NCBI GenBank assembly: GCA_965207885.1
Contig: OZ242311.1
Coordinates: forward strand, 5,632,001 to 5,696,000
From: Candidatus Latescibacterota bacterium
GTDB lineage: Bacteria > Latescibacterota > UBA2968
Length of the DNA: 64,000 nucleotides
Direction: 5' to 3'
Shown: in pieces, positions 48,378-57,470 of the stretch
How positions within the stretch are numbered: the first letter of the stretch is position 1
Layout of the letters: every line of letters begins with the position of its first letter
Position numbers and translations under genes: made by a program
Notes under the pieces: model-generated
Database searches by the model: none
Told to the model about the DNA's origin: nothing
What the model saw: the letters and a program-made list of their open reading frames with translations, nothing else

Positions 48378-49553
48378 TTACGCCTCCCAAATCAGTGCCA
48401 GCGCGCCCGTATAGCTATGCACAAAATTGCGTCCACCCACAGGTGCCAGTTCTGAATTGCCAAAAAAGCCAGCCATTGGAAAAGCGCCCAGGTGTTTTCG
48501 AATCACCAGAACATCGTGATCGGGCTGTCCGTAAAGCCCAAATCCGCGTCCCATACAGTTAAAATACAAACCACATGTATTGGACGGGCGCCCGACAGAC
48601 TGACGCAACTCCTGCATCACCTTCACCATATCTTCGTGCCCCGCGTGGGGCGTGCGCCGATTAAATTGAATGGTCTGCCCCACAGACACCTGTTCATTAA
48701 CCGCAATCGCGCCCGAATGCTCGTCGATATGCGTCAGACCGCGAATCAAAAAATCGCCTCGTCCCCGTTCAATTGCGTATTCATCCATCGCCAGACCCAC
48801 AAAAACATTGTTGCGCAAATCGGCCCTTTCCTCTGCCGAAAGCGTATTGAGCGCCTCCTTCAGCGCATCAATAGCTGGAACAAATGCAATCTGCTGAATC
48901 ACATTGCCCTCGGCTCTGGTAATCGCATAAGCCTGCCCAAACGGCTGGCAACCTTGTGCCACCCCCGTAGCCACCTTTACCCCGGTCAGCAAAGCCCCCA
49001 CCACCCCGTGTTCACCAATCCACCGACCACACCATTGCAATGTCCGCGGCGACGTTGAACCCCACGGCCACGGATTGCCCGATGCGACACCTCCCACAAC
49101 GGGCACATTGCCTGCTATCTCGGCAATCTGTTCCAGACAAGCCGCCGGATTGGAGTAAATCCCACACATAAGCACCAGTAACGCATCCTCTGTTCCCTGG
49201 GCTATCATCTGCTCGCCAATACGAACCCCTGCATCGTCACCCTCAACCACAAGAGATGTCACCTCAAGATGATCTCCCCCCAACACCAGCACAGCCACGC
49301 CTGGCTCGCGATCATTCTCTCGGGCATCCGTCAAAACACCCATGCCACTGCATCCAAATACAGCCTCTGTCTCCACCCGATCAATAACCACATCGACCAT
49401 GGCAGCGGCATCGCCCATGTGGTGATAGGTCAAAAAAAGAAACGCAGCATCAACCGCGACATCGCCCAGCCCCTTCATCGCTTCGGACAAAGCGGCCTCA
49501 ACAGCGTACATGCCATCGGCATCATTTGAATGTCCAGCCCCGGATCGCAGCAT
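48378..49553 (-). CDS. FIST N + FIST C domain protein (NosP-like sensor)
   Basis: FGCSGMGV, VVGGVAS, VAQGCQP, YFNCMGRG and GFFGNSELAP. Confidence 0.88.
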   Translation of the reverse strand: MLRSGAGHSNDADGMYAVEAALSEAMKGLGDVAVDAAFLFLTYHHMGDAAAMVDVVIDRVETEAVFGCSGMGVLTDARENDREPGVAVLVLGGDHLEVTSLVVEGDDAGVRIGEQMIAQGTEDALLVLMCGIYSNPAACLEQIAEIAGNVPVVGGVASGNPWPWGSTSPRTLQWCGRWIGEHGVVGALLTGVKVATGVAQGCQPFGQAYAITRAEGNVIQQIAFVPAIDALKEALNTLSAEERADLRNNVFVGLAMDEYAIERGRGDFLIRGLTHIDEHSGAIAVNEQVSVGQTIQFNRRTPHAGHEDMVKVMQELRQSVGRPSNTCGLYFNCMGRGFGLYGQPDHDVLVIRKHLGAFPMAGFFGNSELAPVGGRNFVHSYTGALALIWEA

Positions 49554-49783
49554 ATCTTCTCCACGACAAAAACAAATTTAAAAAATAGTGTCAGGCAATA
49601 TAGAAACAAAAAACCGCAGATCAAACGATTTCCGAACCGATCTTTTTGAGCAGATGTATTGGACTTGCTTCCCATGCTATATTACTATAACAATACTTGC
49701 CACACACATGTAAATACCTTATATTAAATTGCTCTAAAATTATATCCCCAAATCCCTATAAAACTCCCCAAAGAGCCTACCCA

Positions 49784-50251
49784 ATGAACCTGAATCACAG
49801 CCTCCACAACGACACAGTAAAACACGTTGATCTCTCTTTTTACGTCGAAGTACAAAAAGACAATTCCGTTGATCAGGTCATCACCAAAATGCAGAATAGT
49901 CAGCGCAAATGCGCGCTGGTCATGGACCAGGGCAAACTAATCGGCATCTTTACAGCACACGATATTGCCCGCCGCGTGATCGACCAATCCGAAGTAATCA
50001 ACGAGCCTATAGAAACGATCATGACCCCCGATCCACTCACCCTGCAATCGGATACCACATTAATCGAAGCCATCCGATTTATGAGCGACAAGCCCCACCG
50101 CTACATGCCCGTTGTAGATACAGAAGGGCGCGTATTGGGCACACTGACGCACTATGCCATCATCAAATACATGAGCGATCACTTTCCAGAAGAAATCTAC
50201 AACCTACCGCCAACCCCCGACCACTTTGCCAGCGCTCGGGCTGGTGCTTAA
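49784..50251 (+). CDS. CBS-pair protein
   Basis: KLIGIFTAHDI, IMTPDPLTL and RYMPVVD..GRVLG. Start moved to MNLNHS. Confidence 0.85.
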   Translation: MNLNHSLHNDTVKHVDLSFYVEVQKDNSVDQVITKMQNSQRKCALVMDQGKLIGIFTAHDIARRVIDQSEVINEPIETIMTPDPLTLQSDTTLIEAIRFMSDKPHRYMPVVDTEGRVLGTLTHYAIIKYMSDHFPEEIYNLPPTPDHFASARAGA

Positions 50252-50269
50252 AATACTTCAGGAGGATTT

Positions 50270-52162
50270 ATGGCCGAAATAGACATTGAGGAAACGGCCG
50301 AATCGGCGCTTTTCGAACTGTCCGAAATCGAATCAATTGCCATCCGCTTTGCAGGTGATTCCGGCGATGGCAGTCAGCTCATCGGCAACGAATTTGCCAA
50401 CACCTCGGCAATCGTCGGCAATGACATCAGCACCCTGCCGGACTTTCCCGCTGAAATCCGCGCACCTGCCGGCACATTGCCCGGCGTTAGCGGGTTTCAA
50501 ATTCACATATCCAGCGAAGACATATACACCCCCGGCGATGAACCCCAGGTCCTCGTTGCCATGAACCCGGCAGCACTCAAAGCCAATGTCAACGACCTTC
50601 CAGACGGCGGCATCATCATTGCCAACACAGACAACTTCACGCGCAACAACCTGCGCAAAGCTGGATACGATGGCGACCCCCTCGAAGGCAATGACCTCTC
50701 CAATTACCGCGTGGTTAAAGTACCCCTCACCACGTTGCACAAAGAAGCCGTCGCACACGTTGAGGGCCTGAGCAATCGCCAGATTGACATGATGAAAAAC
50801 TTCTTCGCACTGGGCCTGTCCTACTGGATATTTGACCGCCCGATCGAGCCGACCATTCGCATGCTCGAAAAGAAATTTCAGGGCAAAGACGAAATCATCG
50901 ACGGCAATGTGAGCACCCTGAAAGCCGGCTACAACTTTGGTGAAACAGTCGAAGAATTTCAGGTTCAGTACCAGATCAAAAAAGCCGTCGTCGCACCGGG
51001 CACTTATCGCGCCGTCACGGGTACACAAGCCACGGCAATAGGCATGGTCACCGCGGCACACAAAGCGGGCAAAACCCTCTTTTACGGCAGCTATCCCATC
51101 ACGCCGGCCAGCGCGGTGCTCGAAGAATTGGCCGCATTGAAAAATTTTGACGTGCGAACCTTTCAGGCAGAAGATGAAATTTCCGCATTGGGCTCAGTCA
51201 TTGGCGCTGCTTTTGGAGGCGCGTTTGCCGCCACGGGCACCAGTGGCCCTGGCATCGCACTGAAAAGCGAAGCCATGAACCTCGCCCTGATGATGGAATT
51301 GCCCCTCGTTATCTGCGACTTTCAGCGCGGCGGCCCCAGCACGGGTATGCCCACCAAAACAGAGCAATCAGACCTGCTCCAATGCATGTTTGGTCGCAAT
51401 GGCGACAGTCCCATCCCCATTGTCTCACCGGCCACGCCCTCAGACTGCTTTGACATGGTCATCGAAGCGTTTCGCATCGCCGTTGAAACCATGAGCCCGG
51501 TCATTTTCCTCTCCGATGGATACCTCAACACCAGCGCTGAACCGTGGAAAATTCCCGATCCGGATGATATTCCGACCATACAGACCGAGCACAGAACCGA
51601 TCCCGAGGGCTTCTTGCCCTATCTACGAGATCCAAAAACGCTATCTCGCCCCTGGGTATTGCCGGGCACGCCGGGCCTTGAACACAGACTGGGTGGACTG
51701 GGCAAAGAAGACGGCACGGGCAATGTATCCTACGACCCGGATGACAACCAGCACATGGCGAACATACGCGCCGAACGCCTGGCGCGCATCGCCGACCGCA
51801 TTCCCCTCCAGCACGTCATGGGGCCCAAATCGGGCGATCTGCTCGTCCTGGGCTGGGGGTGTACTTATGGTGCGATCCGGTCGGGAGTGCGCCGAATGCG
51901 ACAGCAGGGCTATTCGGTTGCTGCGGCGCATCTGCGCTACCTCAACCCATTCCCCAAAAACCTGGGCGCAATACTATCGAGTTACAAAACCGTACTCGTG
52001 CCCGAACTCAACATGGGACAGTTGTCTTTGCTGCTCCAGGCCAGATATCCCACACAGGTCATCGTCCCCTTCAATAAAGTTCAGGGATTGCCCTTCAAAA
52101 TTACAGAAATCTCCGGCAAAATTGCCGAAATACTGGGTGCTCCAAAGAGCGCATCGTTATAG
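50270..52162 (+). CDS. korA: 2-oxoacid:ferredoxin oxidoreductase alpha subunit (gamma-alpha fusion)
   Basis: IRFAGDSGDG, PAEIRAP, YPITPAS, QAEDEI, TSGPG and QRGGPSTGMPTK. Confidence 0.92.
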   Translation: MAEIDIEETAESALFELSEIESIAIRFAGDSGDGSQLIGNEFANTSAIVGNDISTLPDFPAEIRAPAGTLPGVSGFQIHISSEDIYTPGDEPQVLVAMNPAALKANVNDLPDGGIIIANTDNFTRNNLRKAGYDGDPLEGNDLSNYRVVKVPLTTLHKEAVAHVEGLSNRQIDMMKNFFALGLSYWIFDRPIEPTIRMLEKKFQGKDEIIDGNVSTLKAGYNFGETVEEFQVQYQIKKAVVAPGTYRAVTGTQATAIGMVTAAHKAGKTLFYGSYPITPASAVLEELAALKNFDVRTFQAEDEISALGSVIGAAFGGAFAATGTSGPGIALKSEAMNLALMMELPLVICDFQRGGPSTGMPTKTEQSDLLQCMFGRNGDSPIPIVSPATPSDCFDMVIEAFRIAVETMSPVIFLSDGYLNTSAEPWKIPDPDDIPTIQTEHRTDPEGFLPYLRDPKTLSRPWVLPGTPGLEHRLGGLGKEDGTGNVSYDPDDNQHMANIRAERLARIADRIPLQHVMGPKSGDLLVLGWGCTYGAIRSGVRRMRQQGYSVAAAHLRYLNPFPKNLGAILSSYKTVLVPELNMGQLSLLLQARYPTQVIVPFNKVQGLPFKITEISGKIAEILGAPKSASL

Positions 52163-52174
52163 AGGAATCCAAAC

Positions 52175-53716
52175 ATGGCAGACGCTATTGAAACACTGAC
52201 GCGAAAAGACTTCGTATCCGACCAGGAAGTGCGCTGGTGCCCCGGTTGTGGTGATTACGCCATCCTCGCACAGATGCAGCGCGTGTTGCCCGAAATGGGC
52301 ATTGCGCGGGAAGACATGGTCTTTATATCGGGCATCGGTTGCTCCAGCCGCTTCCCCTATTACATGAACACGTACGGTCTGCACACCATTCACGGTCGTG
52401 CGGCAACCGTGGCGACTGGCCTCAAAGTGGCCAATCCCGACCTGCATGTGTGGGTAATCACCGGCGATGGCGACAGCCTATCCATAGGTGGCAATCACCT
52501 GTTGCATGTGCTGCGTCGCAACGTCGATCTCAACATCATACTCTTCAACAATGCGATCTACGGCCTCACCAAAGGACAATACTCACCTACATCGCCGCCG
52601 GGCACGCGCACCTATTCGTCGCCCATGGGCTCTGTGGAACAGGACTTCAATGCCATCTCCGTTGCCCTGGCAGCCGAAGCCACCTTTGTCGCCCGCAGTG
52701 TTGACCGCAACACCAAGCACATGGCCGAGATTCTCAAACGCGCCACCGAACACCGCGGCACATCCTTTGTCGAAATTTACCAGAACTGCAACATCTACAA
52801 CGACGGTGCCTGGTTTTTTGCAACTGAGGCAGATGTCAAAGACGATCAGACCGTCATTCTGGAACACGGCCAACCCATCATTTTTGGCAAAGACCGCGAC
52901 AAGGGCATCCGCGTCAATGGACTCGCACCCGAAGTCGTAACCCTGGGCAATGGCGTATCGGAAAGCGACTTGCTCACACACGACGAAACCCTGGACAATC
53001 CAGCCCAGGCATATTTGCTCAGCCGCCTCACACATCCGGAATATCCCGTACCATTCGGCGTATTTCGCTGTGTAGAACGTCCAATTTACGAAGAGCAAAT
53101 CATCGCACAGGGCCGCCAGGCGGTTGAAGAACGCGGCGCAGGCGACCTCAATGCACTGTATCACGCGGCAGACACCTGGATTGTTCCCGAAGGTCCCGAC
53201 GCCGAAACCGTGCAAGAAGTCCACGAAGAATTGTCCACATCGAATATCATTCCCGATATCGAACAAGAAGACCCCATGGCACCGCGCACCGCGCTTCAGC
53301 AACTGCTCTACGACCCCATCTCATCCCTCGACCTGCCAGCACCCGAATGCGTATCCGCTGAGACCTCGGTAGCCGATGCCGTCGAGACCATGCGCAGCAA
53401 AAATCTGGGATGTTTGCTGGTCGTTGACAAACAGGGCTTGTTGCGCGGCATATTCGCACAGGGCGATCTCTTTGAAAAAGTTGCCGGGCGCGATATAGAC
53501 CTGACAAAAATAACGGTCGATAGCCTGATGACCAAAGACCCCACCGCATTGAAAACATCTGATCCCATCGGTCACCTCCTGCACCTGATGTCTCTGCACG
53601 GCTTTCGCCACATACCCATTGTAGATCCCGATGGATGTCCCGTGGGCCTGGCATCCTTTAAAGTCATGCTCAAGTTCACCGGCGGTCTCTTCTCAGACAA
53701 CATATCGCCCAACTAA
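52175..53716 (+). CDS. korB: 2-oxoacid:ferredoxin oxidoreductase beta subunit with a C-terminal CBS pair
   Basis: WCPGCG, SGIGCS and the TPP motif GDGD...NN.IYGLTKGQ, then an acidic linker and two CBS motifs (LRGIFAQGD, LMTKDP, FRHIPIVD). Confidence 0.9.
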   Translation: MADAIETLTRKDFVSDQEVRWCPGCGDYAILAQMQRVLPEMGIAREDMVFISGIGCSSRFPYYMNTYGLHTIHGRAATVATGLKVANPDLHVWVITGDGDSLSIGGNHLLHVLRRNVDLNIILFNNAIYGLTKGQYSPTSPPGTRTYSSPMGSVEQDFNAISVALAAEATFVARSVDRNTKHMAEILKRATEHRGTSFVEIYQNCNIYNDGAWFFATEADVKDDQTVILEHGQPIIFGKDRDKGIRVNGLAPEVVTLGNGVSESDLLTHDETLDNPAQAYLLSRLTHPEYPVPFGVFRCVERPIYEEQIIAQGRQAVEERGAGDLNALYHAADTWIVPEGPDAETVQEVHEELSTSNIIPDIEQEDPMAPRTALQQLLYDPISSLDLPAPECVSAETSVADAVETMRSKNLGCLLVVDKQGLLRGIFAQGDLFEKVAGRDIDLTKITVDSLMTKDPTALKTSDPIGHLLHLMSLHGFRHIPIVDPDGCPVGLASFKVMLKFTGGLFSDNISPN

Positions 53717-53737
53717 CGCGCGTCAACATCACAGCGC

Positions 53738-53773
53738 AAAAAGAGTCCGCAAGCACCCCGCGGACTCTTTTTT
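53738..53773 (+). terminator. Rho-independent terminator of the CBS-korAB operon
   Basis: AAAAAGAGTCCGC...GCGGACTCTTTTTT. Confidence 0.8.
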
Positions 53774-53785
53774 ATTGGAGAAAAA

Positions 53786-54661
53786 ATGAACGATGGCATC
53801 ATCGGCTCGGGCGGTATGGCGAGTCATAATAAAAGAGGAAAACATGTCTTGGGCACCGCTGCCGAACGCGACTATCTGTTGGGAACAAATGACGAGGAAC
53901 TGCACCGCCTGCAAGCGCAACACAATACATGGCAGGCCGAAACCACAGACTTGTGGGATCGCGCCACCTTTCGCGCTGGGCAAACGATTCTCGACCTCGG
54001 TTGTGGCCCGGGCTTTACGAGTTTAGAACTGGGCGAGCGCGTGGGCGCAGGTGGGCGCGTTCTGGCCGTGGATGGATCAAAGAAATTCGCAGATTTTCTC
54101 CGACACCGCGCTGCATCAGCCAGTATGACGCAAATCGAGGTCGTCGTAGCGGATGTCCGTACCCTTGACCTGCCAGCCGCTTCTATAGACGCTGTGTTCG
54201 CTCGTTGGCTACTCTGCTTCATAGAAGAGCCACAAAAGGTGATTGAGCAAATAGCCCGCACGCTTAAAAGAGGTGGGCACCTGCTCGTTATGGATTACTG
54301 CGCTTATGGGACATTTGTCGCCCAGATCCAATACCCCCACTTGCAGCGCGTACTGCAGGCAGTACACAGGAGCTTCGGCGATGGACTCAAAATCGGCGAT
54401 AAGCTACCGCACCTCATGGAACGTTGTGGCCTGGAGGTCGTGGAAGTCATTCCCATCGGCGGCATTGCCCGCCCAGGCAACCGCATCTGGTGCTGGATAG
54501 AAGATTTCTTGCGCATGTATTTGCCTGAACTCGTGGCACGCGGCGCATTGCGCGAAGAAGATTGCGCGGCGCATTGGGAAGAATGGCAAACAAATGCCCG
54601 CGATCCACAAGCCACTATTTCATCGCCATCAATGGTCGGCGTAATTGGCGTCAAGATCTAA
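53786..54661 (+). CDS. Class I SAM-dependent methyltransferase
   Basis: DYLLG...E..RL..Q, ILDLGCGPG and DAVFARWLL. The native start is probably the TTG near 53849 after AGAGGA. Confidence 0.88.
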   Translation: MNDGIIGSGGMASHNKRGKHVLGTAAERDYLLGTNDEELHRLQAQHNTWQAETTDLWDRATFRAGQTILDLGCGPGFTSLELGERVGAGGRVLAVDGSKKFADFLRHRAASASMTQIEVVVADVRTLDLPAASIDAVFARWLLCFIEEPQKVIEQIARTLKRGGHLLVMDYCAYGTFVAQIQYPHLQRVLQAVHRSFGDGLKIGDKLPHLMERCGLEVVEVIPIGGIARPGNRIWCWIEDFLRMYLPELVARGALREEDCAAHWEEWQTNARDPQATISSPSMVGVIGVKI

Positions 54662-54674
54662 GTTTGGAGGAAAA

Positions 54675-55649
54675 ATGAACGACATTCGCATTGGCATCAT
54701 CGGCTCAGGCGGTATGGCGAGTCGCCATGCCCAGCACTTTTCCCGAACAGATGGCTTTGAACTCATTGCCATTGCTGCGCGAAACATAGAAACCGGGCCA
54801 GCACTCGCCAACAAGCACGCTGTAGATTACCTGCCAACCTATCGGAAAATACTCAAACGCGACGACATCGACGCCATCGCAATATGCACCTACAACGACA
54901 CCCACAGTGAAATCGCCCTTGCCGCGCTCGATGCAAACAAACACGTTTTTACCGAATATCCCGCGGCGCGCAATATCGATGAAGCGCAACAATTGCTTTC
55001 CAGAATCGACCAGTCGTCCCACGTCCTCCGCGTTGGACACAACGAAGTACTCTCGCCATCTCACCGGGCACTCAAGCGACAAACAGCCCAAACGGGAAAT
55101 CTCATAACCGCACTATTCACCCGCCTCACCCCGGGCCGAGGTCAACGCCCTGAAATCCTCTTTAATATTTCCATATCGGGTCCACCCGCCCTCTTTTTTG
55201 TCTATAACATCTATCCACTCGTCGATTGTTTTGGTCCCGCCACCTGGGTTGAAGCCGCAGCCCACTACGAAAATCTGCGCGATGACAGCACCTACGATAG
55301 CTTTGCAAATTCTGTCACAGTCGGTTTTGAAAACGGCGGTATTGGGCAATGGAACTGGGCTGGTGGCATCGAAATTTCCGATGCCGAAGAATATCGCCAT
55401 ATTGTCATGACAGACGGGACACTCATCAACAGAGGCGATGGCTGGCACCTCTCGACAAAATCAAGCGAACACGACCTGCCCGCAGCCGAACCATCGGACG
55501 TCACAATCCAAACCCAATTCCTCAAAGACATCCACAATGGCAACTGGCAAACCGACGCCCGCACAGCCCTCAACGCCGCGCTGATCGGCCTCGTAGCCGA
55601 ACGATCAATAGAAGAAAACCGCCGCGTGACCCTCTCAGAACCGACCTAA
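54675..55649 (+). CDS. Gfo/Idh/MocA family oxidoreductase
   Basis: IRIGIIGSGGMA, DAIAICTYNDTH and HVFTEYP, with a GGAGG RBS. Confidence 0.85.
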   Translation: MNDIRIGIIGSGGMASRHAQHFSRTDGFELIAIAARNIETGPALANKHAVDYLPTYRKILKRDDIDAIAICTYNDTHSEIALAALDANKHVFTEYPAARNIDEAQQLLSRIDQSSHVLRVGHNEVLSPSHRALKRQTAQTGNLITALFTRLTPGRGQRPEILFNISISGPPALFFVYNIYPLVDCFGPATWVEAAAHYENLRDDSTYDSFANSVTVGFENGGIGQWNWAGGIEISDAEEYRHIVMTDGTLINRGDGWHLSTKSSEHDLPAAEPSDVTIQTQFLKDIHNGNWQTDARTALNAALIGLVAERSIEENRRVTLSEPT

Positions 55650-55745
55650 ACGCTACACCTTCGGAACCTGCATCCCACAAGGACGTTTAATCCTACGAAA
55701 AAGTCATTAGAAAATTTCTACACTAAACCAGAGAAAGGCACGCTA

Positions 55746-57443
55746 ATGAGATCGTTTTCCAGGATTTTATGCCTCGTCTGCATCGTGTTTACTGCTACCA
55801 GCATTCGGGCCGAGACTGCATTACTACAGGCCATGCAGGAAGAATTGACCCGCTCCTTCAGTTCGCTCCAGAAGCAGCCGGTCCCACCCTACTACCTCAG
55901 CTATGAAATCACCGAGACGGAGGGGGTCCGCGTCGAAGCCTCCTTCGGCGTGCTGACCTACAGCAACGAATCGCGCCGCAGGCAACTCGACATTGATCTG
56001 CGCGTGGGAGACTACGCCTTCGACAATACGCATCAGGTCCGCGGTGGCCTCCGCAATTGGTCCGATCGCTATTCGAGAATCAGAATTCCCATTGAGGATG
56101 ATCCAGACGCCATCCGCAGTGTGCTCTGGTACCACACCGACAAAAAGTACAAACGCGCCATTGAACAACTGACCACGGTCAAAACCAATGTCCGGGTCAA
56201 GGTAGAAGAGGAAGACCAGTCGGACGATTTCTCCAAAGAGCCAGTTGAGCACTACATAGAAGACATCGCCTCCTTCGACATCTCCCGCGACGAATGGGGG
56301 GCCAGACTCAAGAAATACACGGCCCCCTTCGCCCAATACGGAGATATCTATGAAGCCGAAGCCAGCCTCTCGGCCAGTATCTCGACTCGCCAATACGTCA
56401 ACAGCGAAGGCAGCAAGATCCAGACCTCACAGGTACTCTACCGCCTGTTCATCTACGCCTTTACCAAGGCCGACGACGGCATGGAATTGCCGCGCTACGA
56501 ATCCTTCTCGGCCTTTACCCCGGAGGGTTTGCCCAGCGACGATGAGGTCCTCGCTCTGGTAGAGCGCATAATTGCCGACTTGCACGCCCTGCGCGACGCC
56601 CCTATAGTAGCCCCCTACACCGGTCCAGCGATTCTCTCGGGCCGCGCCAGCGGCGTCCTCTTCCACGAAATTTTCGGGCATCGCATCGAAGGTCACCGAC
56701 AGAAGCGCGAGGACGAGGGGCAGACTTTTAAAAAGAAAATAGGGGAAAAAGTCCTGCCTGAGACCTTCTCAGTTTACTTCGATCCCACCCAGACGAGCAG
56801 CGCTGACAAGGATCTGGTGGGGGCCTACGCATACGACAATCAGGGCGTCAGGGCGCAGCGGGTGGCCGTCGTCGAAAACGGGATTTTCCACCGCTTCCTC
56901 ATGTCGCGTTCCCCGATCGAGAACTTCCCCAACTCCAACGGCCACGGACGCAAGCAGCCGGGCTATGCCCCCGTGGCGCGCCAGTCCAACCTCATCGTCG
57001 AGACCTCGGACCCGCTGACCCGGGACCAACTCAAAAAAATGCTCATCGAACAGTGCCGCATGGAGGGCAAGGAGTTTGGTCTCTACTTCGAAGACATCCA
57101 GGGGGGCTTCACCATCACGGGCCGCACCTTCCCCAACGCCTTCAACGTGCTTCCCATCATGGTGTACCGCATTTACACCGACGGGCGTGAAGAACTCGTG
57201 CGCGGAGTTGACCTGATCGGCACGCCGCTCACTGCCTTCAGCCAGATCGCCGCTGCCGACGATCAGATCGGCGTGTTCAACGGTATATGCGGCGCCGAGT
57301 CGGGAGGCGTACCCGTAGCTGCGGTCTCTCCCGGCATATTCATCTCGCAGATTGAAGTACAGAAAAAAGAAAAATCCCAGGAGCGCCGTCCCGTCCTCGA
57401 AGCACCTTTCTCCGAGTCCGCTGAAGAATCAGACCTCCCTTAA
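55746..57443 (+). CDS. TldD/PmbA family metalloprotease (TldD-like, catalytic) with signal peptide
   Basis: GVLFHEIFGH (HExxxH), YDNQGV, SNGHGR and GICGAESG. N-terminal signal peptide ending IRA. Confidence 0.85.
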   Translation: MRSFSRILCLVCIVFTATSIRAETALLQAMQEELTRSFSSLQKQPVPPYYLSYEITETEGVRVEASFGVLTYSNESRRRQLDIDLRVGDYAFDNTHQVRGGLRNWSDRYSRIRIPIEDDPDAIRSVLWYHTDKKYKRAIEQLTTVKTNVRVKVEEEDQSDDFSKEPVEHYIEDIASFDISRDEWGARLKKYTAPFAQYGDIYEAEASLSASISTRQYVNSEGSKIQTSQVLYRLFIYAFTKADDGMELPRYESFSAFTPEGLPSDDEVLALVERIIADLHALRDAPIVAPYTGPAILSGRASGVLFHEIFGHRIEGHRQKREDEGQTFKKKIGEKVLPETFSVYFDPTQTSSADKDLVGAYAYDNQGVRAQRVAVVENGIFHRFLMSRSPIENFPNSNGHGRKQPGYAPVARQSNLIVETSDPLTRDQLKKMLIEQCRMEGKEFGLYFEDIQGGFTITGRTFPNAFNVLPIMVYRIYTDGREELVRGVDLIGTPLTAFSQIAAADDQIGVFNGICGAESGGVPVAAVSPGIFISQIEVQKKEKSQERRPVLEAPFSESAEESDLP

Positions 57444-57470
57444 GCCTTTCCATCTGGCAGGAGCCATCCC

